Shown: piece by piece, positions 24,639-39,200 of the stretch
Layout: every line of letters starts with the position of its first letter
How positions within the stretch are numbered: the stretch's first letter is position 1
Assembly: GCA_964016885.1 (NCBI GenBank)
Contig: OZ024746.1
Coordinates: forward strand, 38,254,001 to 38,318,000
DNA length: 64,000 nt
From: Eledone cirrhosa
Taxonomy: Eukaryota
Direction of reading: 5' to 3'
Notes under the pieces: generated by a model
Database searches by the model: none
What the model was told of the DNA's origin: nothing
The model's input: the letters and a program-made list of their open reading frames with translations, nothing else
Program-made: the position numbers and the translations under genes

Positions 24639-25044
24639 CAACTAGTGTTAATGTTTATGTTGGCATTGTAGTATAGATGACTTTGTTAGTATGTTTAGTT
24701 AGTTAATTAGTAGCGTTAGTAAAATTAAATGTGTATGTTTGTTTATGGTTGTCTAGGTGTGTCTATGTACATGTGTGAGTTAGGGTGTCTGTGGGTGCTG
24801 GGAGCGTGGTCTGTTTGAATAATTAATTAGTTCATTAGTGAAATTTAACATGTGTCTATAGTCGTGTTGGTGTAATAAATTAATTAGTTCTCTTGGTGTG
24901 TGTATTTTTTCAGATATATATGTGTTAGAGTGTTAGCATGCGTGTTAGCGTTTGTGTTGCTGACTTGGTAGTGCAAGTGCGTTGGCAGGAGAGAGTATGT
25001 GGTGTGTGTGCCAGAAAAGAACAGGCTAACGGAAGAGGTGAGTG

Positions 25045-25435
25045 GGGTTTAGCCCATGTTCAGTAAATGTTTAGAGAGAAAATATAGGGTAACGTTTTAA
25101 GCACAGGCGTGAGTCCGCGGTTTTGAGGCTAGCAACGAGGCCGATGTGAGATGGCAGTTGAAGTGTCCAGCGGAACAGAATTATCAGTCTACCGGAGAGT
25201 GGTTGCTGAGCTGGATGTCTCTGATGGGCTCGGAAAGCATATCCATGAACAGTCATGCGTTTCAAAATCATAGTTTCGATTATACCGAAGGTGGAGAAGG
25301 TGGAATTGAGAGTTCGCGATGTAGTGTTTTGTATGTATGTGGAGCTAAAGTCGAGATAGGAGTGAGAGTCGGTTAAATAGAGCATTATACAGCATTTGTT
25401 AGATAAACTGAAATGCAAGTTATATATTTTGATAA
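25045..25435 (-). mobile_element. Penelope-like element GIY-YIG endonuclease relic
   Basis: Frameshifted minus-strand motifs TCIS.VYLT..C..LY, FRAH, GHFN.PSH and IFSL*TFTEHGLN appear in the order expected for the PLE C-terminus. Confidence 0.55.
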
Positions 25436-25839
25436 ACATAAGCTACTATCGCTATGCTAAGTAAATATAATAGTTACTTCTCAGCTTGTATATACCCGTG
25501 AGCAGAATAAAGCGATTAACATAACTGTGTGTGCACTGACAATGTGCATTCATTGATTTATTTTTCATTTGTTCACTAGATAGTGTATATTTTAATAATC
25601 TGAAATATAATTTGTCTATTTTTCCTTCTTTTCACGGCATCCGCAGATGAAGATATATAATATCCCTTACGATTAAGAAATAAATTCAAAAGCGAAACAG
25701 AATCAGAGAGAAAAAAGAAATGCAAGATGACAACAGGAAGCAAAAGAAATATAAATAAGAAATAAAACGATTGAAACTAAGACAACTATAAAGCAACCAG
25801 AGGTTTCTGTTGTTGAATCTTTTCCTAGCCTTCATATAC

Positions 25840-26500
25840 TGAACGATATTGTTAATGGTTTTTAGATCTTTGAAAATATATTGCGCCTCCAATCTTCGTA
25901 GATTTTTAAGACCAGCTTTAAATATCTTCTTTCTCAGACTGGTAATTTTTTTTACATTGAATAATAAATACTGTCATAGAGTTTCTGGGTAATCTCCACA
26001 AGAACGAAGATGTGATATTATGCGACCTGATCGTGATAAAATATAGTTCAGCGGTATATGGCCCACATGAAGCCAGCATTGTCTTTATTAATATTCCTCA
26101 GTGTCTGATACTTTTCAAATGTTGACAGATCTGGCTTAGTCAGTGGAGGATTGATATTTGAGAGCTTATCTCTAGATTCTTACCAACAATGTTTCCATAT
26201 TGGACTAATTATGGTTTTTCTGAATGATTTGACTTGCGATAGATGTGGAAAGTAATCTGTATCTATTTTCCCTTGTGCTCCCTGTACTAATCAATCTGCT
26301 TTCCAATGTCCTCTCATACCACGATGACTTAGTATGCAAGTCATTTTTATGTATTCATTATTTTCTGATAGATAGTTATCTATTCTTACCAGAACACACT
26401 CAATATCTCTAACACGACCTCATTTTTCTTGGCTGAAGTAGATCTAGGTTCAATAAACTATTAGCAAATCGAAGACGTTAGTTCCCATGGTAGTTTCTGA
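25840..26500 (-). mobile_element. Possible second Penelope-like relic
   Basis: Weak motifs TTMGT..FAN (cf. RT GTAMGT..YAN), SHLRSCG and RRLEAQYIFKDLKTIN. Confidence 0.3.
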
Positions 26501-26841
26501 GGCGAGTCAATAGTTAAAATCATTCCCCACCACCACTCTGCAGCAAATAATATGAAATCCTATTGTAATGTGAAGCTCATATCTCTATTATTATTTTCTA
26601 AAGACTAACATCTTACTTAATTGTCTGAATGTCTCCAATCTATATAACTGACCCTGTTGTTAAAACAATTTGACTGTGTCATAATGTTATGGTATTCATT
26701 TCTTTACTCTTTAGGGTTTTCAGCTGTTGTTTTGTACTACCCAGGGAAGACTCCACATATAATTGTATTTGGAATACAATGTTTCTATATGCGTATCTGA
26801 GCATATATATTGGAATGCAATGTTTCTATATGCGTATGTGA

Positions 26842-26842
<1 letters not shown>

Positions 26843-26905
<63 letters not shown>
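26843..26905. repeat. (TA)n(TG)n microsatellite
   Basis: Direct inspection. Confidence 0.95.
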
Positions 26906-26907
<2 letters not shown>

Positions 26908-27268
26908 CAATGTAAACCACAACTACTCACTAACTTTGTATCGTTCCAATACATTCTCGTATTTCTCATTTGTTTTTTTACTCTATTTTGATAACGGTTT
27001 CAACAAAAATCATTAAATCTCTCACTTTCTATTCGGCGTAAATATTTCCACTGTTCTTATTTTTCTGCATATATTTCGTCACCCACGTGTCTTCTTTCTT
27101 TCACTTCTTCGCATTGTTTACTCTGTAATTAAATCTTACATTCACCCACCCTTTTGTGAAGACCTTGCCTACTGTATAGAAAAACTCTTAGATAGATAGA
27201 AAGAGAGAGGCATAGGTATATAGACAGGTAGAGAGGTATAAACGGAGAGAGAGAGGGAGAAAGATAGT

Positions 27269-27273
<5 letters not shown>

Positions 27274-27346
<73 letters not shown>
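27274..27346. repeat. (TA)n(GA)n microsatellite
   Basis: Direct inspection. Confidence 0.95.
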
Positions 27347-27349
<3 letters not shown>

Positions 27350-29439
27350 GCACTCCGCATGTTGCCCCTTGGTAATTCTTCACTCTAGAGATGATGTGAT
27401 AAGTAACAACAATGCACTCAGTTCAATTGACTCGATTATATCCCTCCTAAAAAATATATGATAGTTTGCCAATATATGATTGTTATCATTACTGTTTAAT
27501 TAACAGAAATTATTACTTTCCATAGAAGAAACCGAGATGCCTCGCCTATTTGATAGGAATAAATGTTTGAGGCAAATGTATTGTTGTATGCGTCGATATG
27601 ATTCTTCCTACCTCACATTTTATTAACTACTGCGTGCTTTATCATTAGTTTGTTGTTTTTTGTTCTGTTTCCTTCTGTGAATTAATGAACATCCTTCTAT
27701 TTTGTCTCACCCCACAAGCTCCTAAACAGATGGTATCACATTTCACTCTGCCTGAGTCTATAATACACAAACATCATCTACTCATAGATTTCGCAGTCAA
27801 CAAAAGCGCGTCTAAGTAGTTAGTGGCAATGCTAGAAATGACAGCTAAATCACATGCAAATTTTAATCGGTTGATTATTTATAAAAGAAAGCTCTCAATG
27901 GACAATTCAGTACTTTACTGTTTGGGAGCGGCTCTGGAGCGGGTCGCGAGGTGGATTTTACTACCTACCTTATAGTCGCCCATTATCTCTCTCATATCGC
28001 ATGTACCAATTCTTCATTCACCAGTTACCCATTCTATCAAGAATTGTTATTCTAAATTTGATCACATTTTACATCAATTTAAAGAATTTCAAACCGACCA
28101 TTATCAACATAGATGCAAAACTCTGAAAAGTTATGCAAAGATCACGACCTCTCTAAATTGTTTGAAGTTTATAATGCTTTGCAGCTTTTCACTTTCATTT
28201 CTCTGTAAAATTACATTTCGAAGCCACAGCTGTTGACTTCGTCTTACCAATCACCAGAGACTATACAATGAGATCTAGTTCAGTAGTTGGACGATTATAA
28301 AACGATCATTGCAACGTATAGTCTTTGTAAAATATACCAAATTATTATTCCTTGTTACAGGAAGCGAAAGATAGCTCGAAATGTTAGGCTTCGACAATAA
28401 ATGTGTCGCCAAATCTTGTTTTATCTTTTTATGGTTATGATGAAATCCCAGAGAGATGTACAAATTCGATAAGATCTATTGGGCAAATCGTGTACCTTGA
28501 AATCCTTCACTTGGAATATTTACTGGAATCTAGAATAAAACGATGGTATATATTTATTTACATATATGATGACGAATAAACACAGCAGACATAACGTATT
28601 TTAACATAAGCATACATTGAGTTCGGTAGTATATAGGTACATAAACAACATATATCTAATGCTCTCTCTCTCTCATGTTCATTAAATATATGTGTGTATA
28701 AATGTATATATCCCTATAGGTAGCTAGATGCAGAGATAAAAGTGTAGCGGGAAAAATATTAGAATTGATAAATTAAATCAACTGTAAAATGTTACACAAC
28801 TTTAATCACACTGTGGAATGAAAATCTTAAACCACAATATAAATACTACTCAGGCTAATATCCCAGAAGATGTATTAGGATTAATATTAGATGAGGATTA
28901 AGCTAAGAACTTATATGATCATATATTCCTGGGGAGTATTAATATATATTTTCGTATATGCAACGTCGGATATCTGCCTTACATATATATTTTATTATTC
29001 CAATCTGTATTTTTATTGTACAAAATATCAAAAATTGTGTATGTATTATATATATTGACACGTAGCCAGAGAAGGAGAGAAAGAGAAATATATGTGTATA
29101 ATCAGGATTGGAGCATAATGTCCAATGATTTTACTAGTGCATGTGAATGTGTCTATGTATACAATCAGATGGCCATATTATTACTATTGGCTCCTCAAAT
29201 CATAGTTACGCATACTTTTGCTCTGTAAGCTTTGTTGATTTTCACTTATTTGCACAACGTTCTTCGTTAAGGATTTTATTATAAAATGTAAATAGAGTGT
29301 CATATATTCGCCCTGAAAAGGTAACCACACACTATTTCGGTCTTGCAAGTACATTTCCAAATTACGCTCCTAAAATTCTAAAACAAAAATGAAGGAAACA
29401 CCTTCTACACTCTCGCAACAGAGTACAAAAGTATTTCGC

Positions 29440-30023
29440 AAGGGCAAGCCTTGACCCTTTGCCTCTGTGGCTGCGAAAATATTCCTGTTGTTGCTGCTGT
29501 TGTTGTCGTACTTTATGGTGCGACTGTTTTGCTGATTTTCGTTGTTGCTGATAGTCTTGTCCTTATTTATGTTGTTGGCGATGTCGTTGATGCTGTTGTT
29601 GTTGGTGTTGTCATTGTTTCTGCTGGGTTTTGTGTTGTCGTTTTTCTTCTCGTTAGTGTTTTCACTATTGTTGGTGTTGGTATTCTCGTTGTTTTTGTTG
29701 TTGGTACTGCTGTTGGCCATACTGCCCAGTGTGGTTCTGGTGTTTGCAAAGGTTGTGGGAGGTGAGGTGTTAATCGCTTTCAATTGACAGCTAATTTAAC
29801 GGATGGGGGTATATCTCGTTCATGTTTTTTAGCAAAAGAAATTAAAAAGTAAAATTCGAACATTTGGGCAAGTGCCCAAATATGATGGGGTCACATTTTA
29901 ACGGGGCAAACATGTGTGTCTTGTGACAACTTTTTACACGAAAATACAAGTAATTCAATGCAAAACTTGAAAATTAACCTGCTCACGGAGCTCACAAAAC
30001 TACGTCTTCATAGTCCGACAACC
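29440..30023 (-). mobile_element. 5'-only fragment of a Tx1-like element (subfamily E)
   Basis: Starts (ATT)n|GG..acgtagt..gtgagctccg, like subfamily A 5' ends. Asn/Thr-rich ORF with TTFANT and NIFAA resembles the ORF1 N-termini. Confidence 0.65.
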
Positions 30024-30056
<33 letters not shown>

Positions 30057-30057
<1 letters not shown>

Positions 30058-30995
30058 GAAATGGCAAGAAAAGCCTCTGTATGGAAAATACCCAGAGCGA
30101 GCTAACAATCCTGATGTTGACAAAACTTTAACCCATCAGTGGTTGGCATCCTCTGGACTGAAATCGGAGACTGAAGGACTGATTATATCAGCACAAGATC
30201 AGTGTCTGCCAACAAAACATTACCAAGCCAACATAATAAAAAATGGGTGCAGCCCATTATGCCGTGTATGCAAAAAACAACCAGAGACCATTGACCATAT
30301 AATTTCAATGTGCAGTCCTATAGCTCCAACCGAATACCTAAACAGGCATGACAGAGCTGCACAATACATACATTGGATAATGTGTAAGCATTTTGACCTG
30401 CCCCATCAAAAGAATTGGGGGGAGCATCAACCACCTCCCATACTTGAAAAAGATCACATCTCAATCTTGTGGAACTTTAGCATCCAAACAGCCCGAAAAA
30501 TAGATGCAAGTAGACCTGGTATAATATTGAAGGACTTTCAAAAGAGGGTATGCCTGCTAATTGATATGTCTGTTCCAATAGACAAGAATGTATCTATAAA
30601 AACATTTGAAAAATTGAGCAAGTATAAGGACCTGGAGATAGAAATTGGAAAAATGTGGAAATTGAGAACTAAAACAATACCAGTGGTTGTAGGCGCTCTG
30701 GGAATGATACCTAAGGGGTCTAATGATTACATATCGCAAATCCCAGGAAACCCGCGTATAGGAGAAATACAAAAGATAGTACTAATGGGAACTGCCCATA
30801 TACTAAAGAAGATTCTGTCAATATAAGTACATCACAAGTCTAAACACTAAAGATGCATGTGTGAATATGTATGTTCTTTCTTGAACATGGCGGACCTTGT
30901 TGTCTCTTGAGGTCACTGGTTGTGACTTGGTGATAACTCGTATGAACATAAAGCAAGATAAATGCAACTATAATAATAATAATAATAATAATAAT
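30057..30995 (+). mobile_element. R4/Dong-clade LINE family 2, 5'-truncated 3' end
   Basis: ORF 30143-30826: ETEG..AQDQ, CRVC..ETIDHIISMC, RHD, RP(D>G)..IDMSVP..K..KY (restriction-like endonuclease). Flanked on both sides by (AAT)n. Confidence 0.9.
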
Positions 30996-33900
30996 GATTT
31001 CTTTATTGGCCACAACGGCTGACATCAAGAAAAACATCACAGACGGAACAGGACGGTACGATGTGGGTTTTGTGCGTGTAAATATTTTTTATTATTTATA
31101 TAAGAAAAGAAAAAAAGACACTAGTCCTCTATAGAACGCCGAGATGGATGTTCCACCGATACTGGTGCCCAACTGGGAGAGGGCAGTGAGCGCCTGGAGA
31201 CATTCCAGTTTCCAAGCGCTATCCCTCGGTCTTTTTCTGACCCAGGACTGCAGCTCCGTCAAGGAGACGAGCTGTGGGAAAATGTGCCTGGCGAACGGCG
31301 ACCACACCCGTTCACCATCAAGGAAGCACCAGAGATGTCGCAGCCTCAGCGCATGTTTGCGCATCATCAGCCATAGCATGCCCTCCTCCCCGCAACGGGT
31401 GTTGACAGCAGATGGATCGTCTGACCATGGGAGCGCGTCCCCTCCACAAAAAGCGGAAGAGGAGGCGCTCCATTTTGGTGAGAGTTGGGCTGGAGCAAGG
31501 GACGACGGTGAGGCGGTAGCAGATGACGGATGCGATGTACGCATTCGCTACTTCCGCCCGGCCTTTTAGGGACAGCTTCCTGTCAGACCATTTCTGGGTG
31601 AGGGATGCCATCCTGCTCGTCATCTCGTTCCAGTTTTTCTCCATCTGGAGGTCCGGTCCGAACCAAACCCCGAGCAATTTAACCGGTCCGTCCGTCCAAC
31701 GCCCCACGACGCTGTCGGACGGCATGGACTTGCCTCTCCAGCTGCCTACGTGCAAGCCCACCAACTTTTCCTGGTTTATCTTTGCTCCTGTCACCGCTTC
31801 GTATTCCTTGAGAGCGGTGCCGAGAATCTGGACGTGTCTGGTGCTCGACACCACCACGGTGACGTCGTCAGTGTAAGCCGACTCGGATTTCCCGCATCCT
31901 AGTTCGCGTGGGACGCCCCTCATCGCCCCCAGTTTGTGCAGTAACGGCTCGAGAGCCAATACGTACAAGAGGGACGAGAAAGGACAACCCTGGCGGACTG
32001 AGCGCATGATGCTAAACGGCTGCGACAGGTGACCGTTCACCCTCACAACTGAGCAGATGTCGCTGTACATTGCTGCGATCCAACGCCTGAAAACGGGCCC
32101 GAAACCGGCGGCCTCTAGGACCGCCGCCAGGTATCGATGGTCGACCCTATCGAATGCTTTGGATTGATCCAAGTTGATCAGGGCCCCACCCTTGCCAGGT
32201 TCCTTAACTACCCTCTCTATGATGTATCGCATGAGGTGGTGGTTGTTGTGTATGGATCTGTCCGGAATGGCGCATATCTGCGCCTCTCCCACCAGACCCT
32301 GCACGACAAGCGCCAACCTCGTTGCTAACACCTTGGCCAAAATCTTGAACTCTGCGTTTAGCAGGGTTATGGGCCTGAAATTATCAATAACATCCCCCTT
32401 GTTCGGGTCTTTTCTCAGCAGCGCCACTGCCTCCCGGCTAACAAAACTGGGAATGCTCCCGGTCTGCTGCCAGTTGCAGTAGACGTCTGCCAAGAGATCA
32501 CCGAACAAGTCTGGCATAAATGCATAAAGCTCGTAGGGCAGACCATCTAAACCTGGCGATTTACCTCTTGTGCAGTTAGCCATCGCTTCCCGTATTTCAC
32601 CGGCTGTTATTGGCTTTTCGCAACACTGTGCTGCGGTCGTCGAGAGCCGAGGCAGTCCGTCGAGGTATGCACTGAAGTCTATGCCACGATCCGGGCCGCC
32701 GCCGCTCCCGAACAGTTCAGCAAAGTGCTGCTGAAAAGCTTCACACATCCGCTCGGGTTCGAGCATCACGCACCCGTTTTGGTCAGACAAAGACCGAATT
32801 GTGGCTTTATTGCCACGTCGCGCGTCTGCCACCCGGGCCCATTGGATGGGTTTTGTCCCCTCGTGTTTCAGATCACGCGCTCTAGTTCTGACAACGTAGC
32901 CTTCGTGTTTTGCGTTGAAGAATTGGTCGAGTGCCAATCTCGCCGCAAGCACGTCGGTTGCGATGCCTGTCCTAAACGCCTCTTCTAGCTTTCTGACTAG
33001 CTCTCCCTCTACTCTATTTTCCTCTATCACTACTCCTTTACTAAACCTAATCGACTCTACTTTAATTGCCCTTTTCAGGGCGAACCACCACCTATTGTTG
33101 ACGACCGCTGCCGTCAACGCCCGCTTAACTAATACGCTAATCCGGTCTCTGTAGGCCTTGCGCGCCGGGAAAGACGCGTTCAGCTTTCAGTAATCAGGCC
33201 CTTGTCTATGAAGTCTGTCTATGTCGATCTCACAGATCACAAATTTGTGGTCTGTGTAGTCGACTATTTTAAATTGTGGACAACTTATACTAGCCTTATC
33301 TAGTTCCCTGCAGAATACCCTATCTAGATACGATCTGGATGACCCTTGCCGTTTGTCCATGTCCACATTGGCACATTCGGGTGATCCAGTCGATACCTGT
33401 CAGACAGTTCAAAACGTCTGAGCAGGGTGGTGAGGCTCTTGTACCCTCCTCCCCTATCCACTAGTCCCACACGATCCCAGCGTGCATCCAAGATACCGTT
33501 CCAGTCGCCCACTAACACTAAAAAGCGGGACGTTCCAAGAAAGGTCTCTAGACGTCAGAAGAAATCTGGCCGTCCTGCCCCTGTTGGGGCGTAGACGGCT
33601 ACTAGCCTGAAAGCATTGCCTTCGCTTCCGGTCACGTCCAGCACCACCGACTTACCTTTTGGGTCCAGGAAGATGGCCCGTATCGCGAGATCCAAGCCTC
33701 TCCGAAAAAGGACGGCAACCCTTCCCCCGATCCTGGACGGCTAGGAGATGCGTATACATCGTAGCCGCCGAAGATCGGTGTGAAGGCCCGTGCCTCGGAG
33801 ATCTGGTTTCACTGATGGCCACCACATGTATGTTTAGTGACCTGAGGTCATTGAGCAGGATGACCCCAGGCCACGTGCATTTATACTGCCTATTCTAAGT

Positions 33901-36191
33901 ACAGCCATGTTGGATGAGAAACGGGGCAAATGAGAAAGGGTAACTTACCTTGTTCGTGTGGTGAAGGGACAGTAGAACCGTCCCTTTCGCTGGTCATGGG
34001 TGTTTCCAAGAGGATGTCAGTGTATATCCTCTTGGTAACCGTCCCTCTGAAGTCTCCAACTGCGTTGGGGAATTTTTGTTTTAAAGGTTTGTATTGTTCT
34101 ATTGAGATTTCGATGATGCTTATGTTTGTCGGGAGAGTTCTTGGTGTTGGTGGGGTGTAGTAGTTTTTTCCGTGTTGTCTGTGTGCTGCTTTATATATTT
34201 TATGAGTTCTTTTTTTGCTATGTTTATGGCTGTGTAATTTTTGGAGGGAGGGGTGATTTTGTTGCCGTTTTCTTCTTGTTGCTGTTTGGTGTGTGTGTCT
34301 TGTTGTGTTTGCGTTGTTGGTGTTTGTGGTGGTCTTGCTGCAAGTTTCCTTGCTGTCTTTACCCCTCTTTGTATGCCTTCGCTTTTGGAGGGTGAATTTA
34401 ACGGTTTTTTTGTTTTTGTTTTTTTGTGGCAGACTGTTTGCCACGTCACTCCCGCCTCAAACTCCGTGTCGGATTCTGTGGCGTCTGGGAGGGGTATGTG
34501 CTCCACGGCTGTTGGTGGTGGTAGTGGAGCCCTCTTCGGCAATGTTGTTGCTGGTGTTGCTATTTCAAATTTAGCTATTGGTGTTGCCGCTACTGATGAT
34601 GCTGCTTTAGTTATCCGTGGTCTTGGTACGGGTGCTACGGACGTTGCCCTCCTACTCACCGTCGAAGGGGCTTCTTCGTTTGTTGCCTGTCCTGCTCTTG
34701 GTAGCAGCAGACCAGGTATTGGAAGGAGAGGGGCCCTCTTCGGTGTTATCTGCAGGCAAAAGGCCCTGAGGTGACCTTTCGACCCACAGAGATAACATTT
34801 TGGCCGTCTTCCTTCTACACTTATAGGGAGTTGGAGTCCTTCCTCGAAGTCTATGATATCGGGGATAGCCTCGATACATTCCTGGTCAGTTTGTATAAGC
34901 AATGTCATGCCTATACCTGAGCAGTTCTCTCTCCCTATTTTTTCTACTTGCAGCATGGTCGCCCTGTTCTCAATTCCAGCAAGGACAGACGCGGCAAGCC
35001 AAGGTATGGGCACGTAGGGTGGGACCTGGGTCACTTTGACCCTCACAATTTTCTGCCCGCAGTAGACTAACTCCTCACTCTTTAGGGTTTCCAAAGAGTG
35101 AGACTTTGCTTTCTGGGAGGTGGCGAAAAGTACGTCTACTGTGGCGTACTTTCTGCCTCGGGTGATGTGGGTTTTGCGTGCACAGACGCACCCCAAGGCC
35201 TTTTGGATTTGAGCCTCCGTGGCTCTCTCCACTCGATGTGAGATTTTGCTTACGGTGCGGTAAGTCACCGTCCGTAGCTGCTGGTCCTTGAAAAAATCGT
35301 ATGGAGGTTTCAGGGAAAATCTATTTGCGCTTCTTGTCACCATGGCCCTTGCGACTGCCATCTCCTCCTCTGTGACTAACACTGTCTCGATATTTCGGGC
35401 GACACCTGCAAAAGAAGTGGTCCCTTTTTCAGCAGCACCACTATTGCTGCCGCTACTGGGCTTACTGGTGTGCTGAGGTCGCTATTACAGGTATCCGTGT
35501 CATTGTTGTTCTTTTCGCTGGTGCAGTTGTTTGTTGTTGTTTTCGTTGATACTGTTGCTGCTGTTACTGTTATTGTGGCTGTTGTTATTATTGTTGTTTT
35601 TGTTGATACTGTTCCTACTATTATTGTTGTTGTGGCTGTTGTTATTGTTATTGTTATTGTCGTTCTCGACCTTACCGCTGTTATTTTTGTTATTGTCGTT
35701 CTCGACCTTACCACTGTTATTTTTGTTATTGTCGTTCTCCACTTTACCGCTGTTATTTTTGGTGTTGTTGTTGGTGATGTTGTTGGTGTTATTGTTGGTG
35801 TTGTTTGTGTTAGAAATATTTGGTAATTTTAAATCTGTAACAATCTGTTTTTACTTTGTAATATTTTCGTTTATATTTACTTCCGCTGGAACGCTGCCTT
35901 GTTGAAATGCTGATAAAGTCTCCCTCTCTCTGTGTTGTCTGACAGCGCTCTCTCTCTCTTTGTGTTATCCATGTTGAAATTTTTCAAAAAAAAAATATTT
36001 TTACACAAATACGAATACGACACCCCGTAAAGGGGTGCCGTATTATTTACTAGTGAACCCCTGTATTAGGTGGGTGACTTCTTCTAAACTTTTATCAAAT
36101 TTAAAACTTGAATAAAAGGTTTAGAACGGTTGAAAAAGAGGTAAAACGTTGAAAAAGACTGGAGGCGATAAGAAGCGTGGCTTCACCAACC
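30996..36191 (-). mobile_element. L1/Tx1-clade LINE subfamily C, both ends present, ORF2 C-terminus deleted
   Basis: ORF1 (~35972-33890) with CYLCGSKGHLRAFC; ORF2 ATG at 33908, VGDWN, RT 33117-31318 (QGCP, YTDD); AATAAA then (ATT)n; 5' end GG abuts (ATT)n. Confidence 0.92.
35650..35762. repeat. 30-bp tandem repeat (~3 copies) in the Tx1-C ORF1 N-terminus
   Basis: ttgttattgtcgttctcgaccttaccgctgttattt repeated; encodes (KVENDNNKNNSG)-like units. Confidence 0.85.
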
Positions 36192-36247
36192 AATAATAAT
36201 AATAATAATAACAATAATAATAATAATAATAACAATAATAATAATAA

Positions 36248-39200
36248 TGATTTCTTTATTAACCACAAAGGTTTACATAAAGTAGACATTAAGGACAGTG
36301 CAGGACAATACAGGACGGTACAAATGGGCATTTCTGCGTGTAAAAAAAAAAAAACAGAGGATGTAACAAAAAATAACAATGAAAAATTCCCCGATAGGGG
36401 GAGACATCGGAGGGACATTTGTTGAGAAAGCCCAGTATAAGGCCACAGTGACCCTGACCACCAAGGCAAGTGCCCTCTCCCAGTTTTCCACCTTTAATTT
36501 ACAGATATATACTCAGAGTAGGCCTATTCACTCGGGCCATTCTTGCTTCTCTCCCCATCTTTCAACAAAATGCTGGGAAGAGAGCACTTCCCTCTCTACT
36601 CTGATTTTCCTGTTCAAATGAAATTCGAAAAAGTCAATCAGTGCATCACCGAAGAGGTAAGTGCTCGTCTTCAGCCCTTTCAAACGTGTCCACCATACTA
36701 TCTCTTTCGCCATGGCCACCAGACAGATAAAAACTGCCTGCCCTTCCCGGCTAAAGGAGGAGGGCGGGGAAATCCTCACGATGGACTCATATAATAGCTG
36801 GATCCGTCCTACACGTGGCAGCAGGTGTTCGACATAAACCCACAAGTCAGCAATGCTCGGACACTGGACGAGTCCGTGCAGGACGGTTTCGTCGCCCTGC
36901 GCGCATCTCGGACATGCCCGGCTGACGGCACCTCCATGCCTGTAGAGTTTATCCCGAACTGGCAAGGCTCCTCGGTAGCACTGCCAGGCCATAGATTTCT
37001 GGAAGTTGTCCATAGGCCCTGGCCCGAAAGTTCTTCCGAAGAGATTGGCTAGTTGATTTTCGTCGACGCCTAGAGTTTCCCCAAGTACGTCGTCGCTCTT
37101 TCCCTCCACTAATCCTCTATAGAACGCCGAGGTGGAGTTTCCACCGATCACATTGCCCGATTGGTCGAGGGCTGTGAGCGCCTGAAGACATTCCAGTCTC
37201 CAGGCGCTCCCTCTCGGTCTTCGCTTGACCCAGGACTGCAGCTCCGTCAAGGAAACGAGCTGGGGAAAGACTTGTCTAGCAAACGGCGACCACACCTGAT
37301 CACCGTCGAGGAAGAGGTGGAGATGTCGTAGCCTGAGCGCGTGCCTGCGCATCATCAGCCACGGCATGCCCAGCCCTCCACGTAGCGGGTGTTGACAACA
37401 GATGGGCCGCCTGACCATCGGAGCGCGTCCCTTCCACAAAAAGCGAAAGAGCAAACGCTCCAGCGCAGTCAGGCGAGGCTTAGGACAAGGTACGACGGTC
37501 AGGCGGTAGCATATGACAGACGCGATGTACGCGTTAGCCACCTCCGCTCGACCTTTCAGGGATAGCTTCCTCTCCGCCCATTTCTGGGTGAGAGAAGCCA
37601 CCCTGCTCGTCACCTCGTCCCAGTTTTTGTCCGTCTGGAGGTCCGGACCGAACCAGACCCCTAGCAATTTAACCGGTCCGTCCGTCCAGCGTCCGACGAC
37701 GCTGTTGGACGGCATGGACCTGCCTCTCCAGGTGCCGAGCTGCAGGCCCACTGACTTTTCCTGGTTGATCATTGCCCCTGTCACCGCTTCGTAATCTCTT
37801 AGTGTAGTGCCGATCGCCTCGATTTGTTTGGCGTTCAACACCACTACTGTGACATCGTCCGCATATGCTGACACGGATCTTCCGCATCCTAGTTCGCGCG
37901 GGAACCCCCTCAACGTCTCCAGTTTGTGCAGTAATGGCTCGCGAGACATTAAGTACAAGAGGGACGAGAGGGGACATCCTTGGCGGACCGAGCGCATGAT
38001 GTTGAACGGTTCCGAAAGGTGACCGTTCACTCTCACCACAGAGCAGATGTCGCTGTGCATGGCAGCGATCCAGCCTCTGAAGACGGGCCCAAAGCCAGCC
38101 GCCCTCAGGACTGCCGCTAGATAACGATGGTCGACCCTATCGAAAGCTTTCGACTGTTCTAAATTGATCAAGGACCCACCCGTGCAAGGTTCCCTAGCTA
38201 CGCTCTCTACGATGTATCGCATGAGGTGGAGGTTGTCGTGGATGGATCTGTCGGGAATGGCGCACGTCTGCGCCTCTCCCACCAGACCACCAACGACAAG
38301 CGCCAACCTCTTTGCTAGCACCTTGGACAAAATCTTGAAGTCTGTATTTAGCAGAGTTATGGGCCTGAAATTATCTGTTATCCGCCTTGTTCGGATCCTT
38401 TCTCAGCATCCCCACAGATCCTCGGCTCACAGAGCTGGGAATTCTCCCGTTCTGTTGCCAGTTGCAATAGACGTCCGCCAAGAGGCCTCCGAACAAGTCT
38501 GGCATATGTACGTTAAGTTCATAGGGTAGACTAGCCAAACCAGGCGATTTACCCATTGTGCAGCCAGTCATTGCCTCCCGTACTTCAGCGGCTGTTATCG
38601 GCTTTTCGCAACACTCCGCCTCTGTGGCCGAGAGCCGCGAAAGTCCGTCGAGGTAGACACTAAAGTCCATCCCTCGATTCGGCCCGCCGCTGCCCCCGAA
38701 CAGCTGGGCGAAGTGTCGGTGAAAAGCTTTACACATTTGCCCGAGATCGAGTAGCATGCGCCGGTCGTGGTACACCAAAGACCGGATCGTGGCTTTGTTG
38801 CCACGACGCGCCTCCGCCACTCGGGCACATTGATCGGCTTAAGTCTCCTCGTGTCTGAGAGCACGCACCCTAGCTCTGACAACGCAGCCTTCGTGCTTTG
38901 CATTGAAGAATTGGTCAAGGGCCAATTTCGCCGCAAGTACGTCGGTTGCGATGCCTTTGCTAAGCGCCTCGTCTAATTTTCTAACTAATTCTCCCTCTGC
39001 TCTATTTCTTTCTATTGCTAAAGCCTTACTAAACCTAATGGACTCTATTCTAATTGCTCTTTTCAGAGCAAGCCACCACTTGTTGTTGACGATGGCCCCC
39101 GTCGACGCCCGCTTAACTAGTTCGCTAATCCGATCTCTGTAGGCCTTGCGCGCTGGTAAGGACGCGTTTAGCTTCCAGTAGACGTGTCCTCGACTATGAA

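Noticed and set aside
35376-35905. Leu/Val-rich 'membrane protein' ORFs (also 29451-29787, 47050-47382)
   Set aside because: Antisense or alternative frames of AAC/ACC-rich Tx1 ORF1 low-complexity regions.
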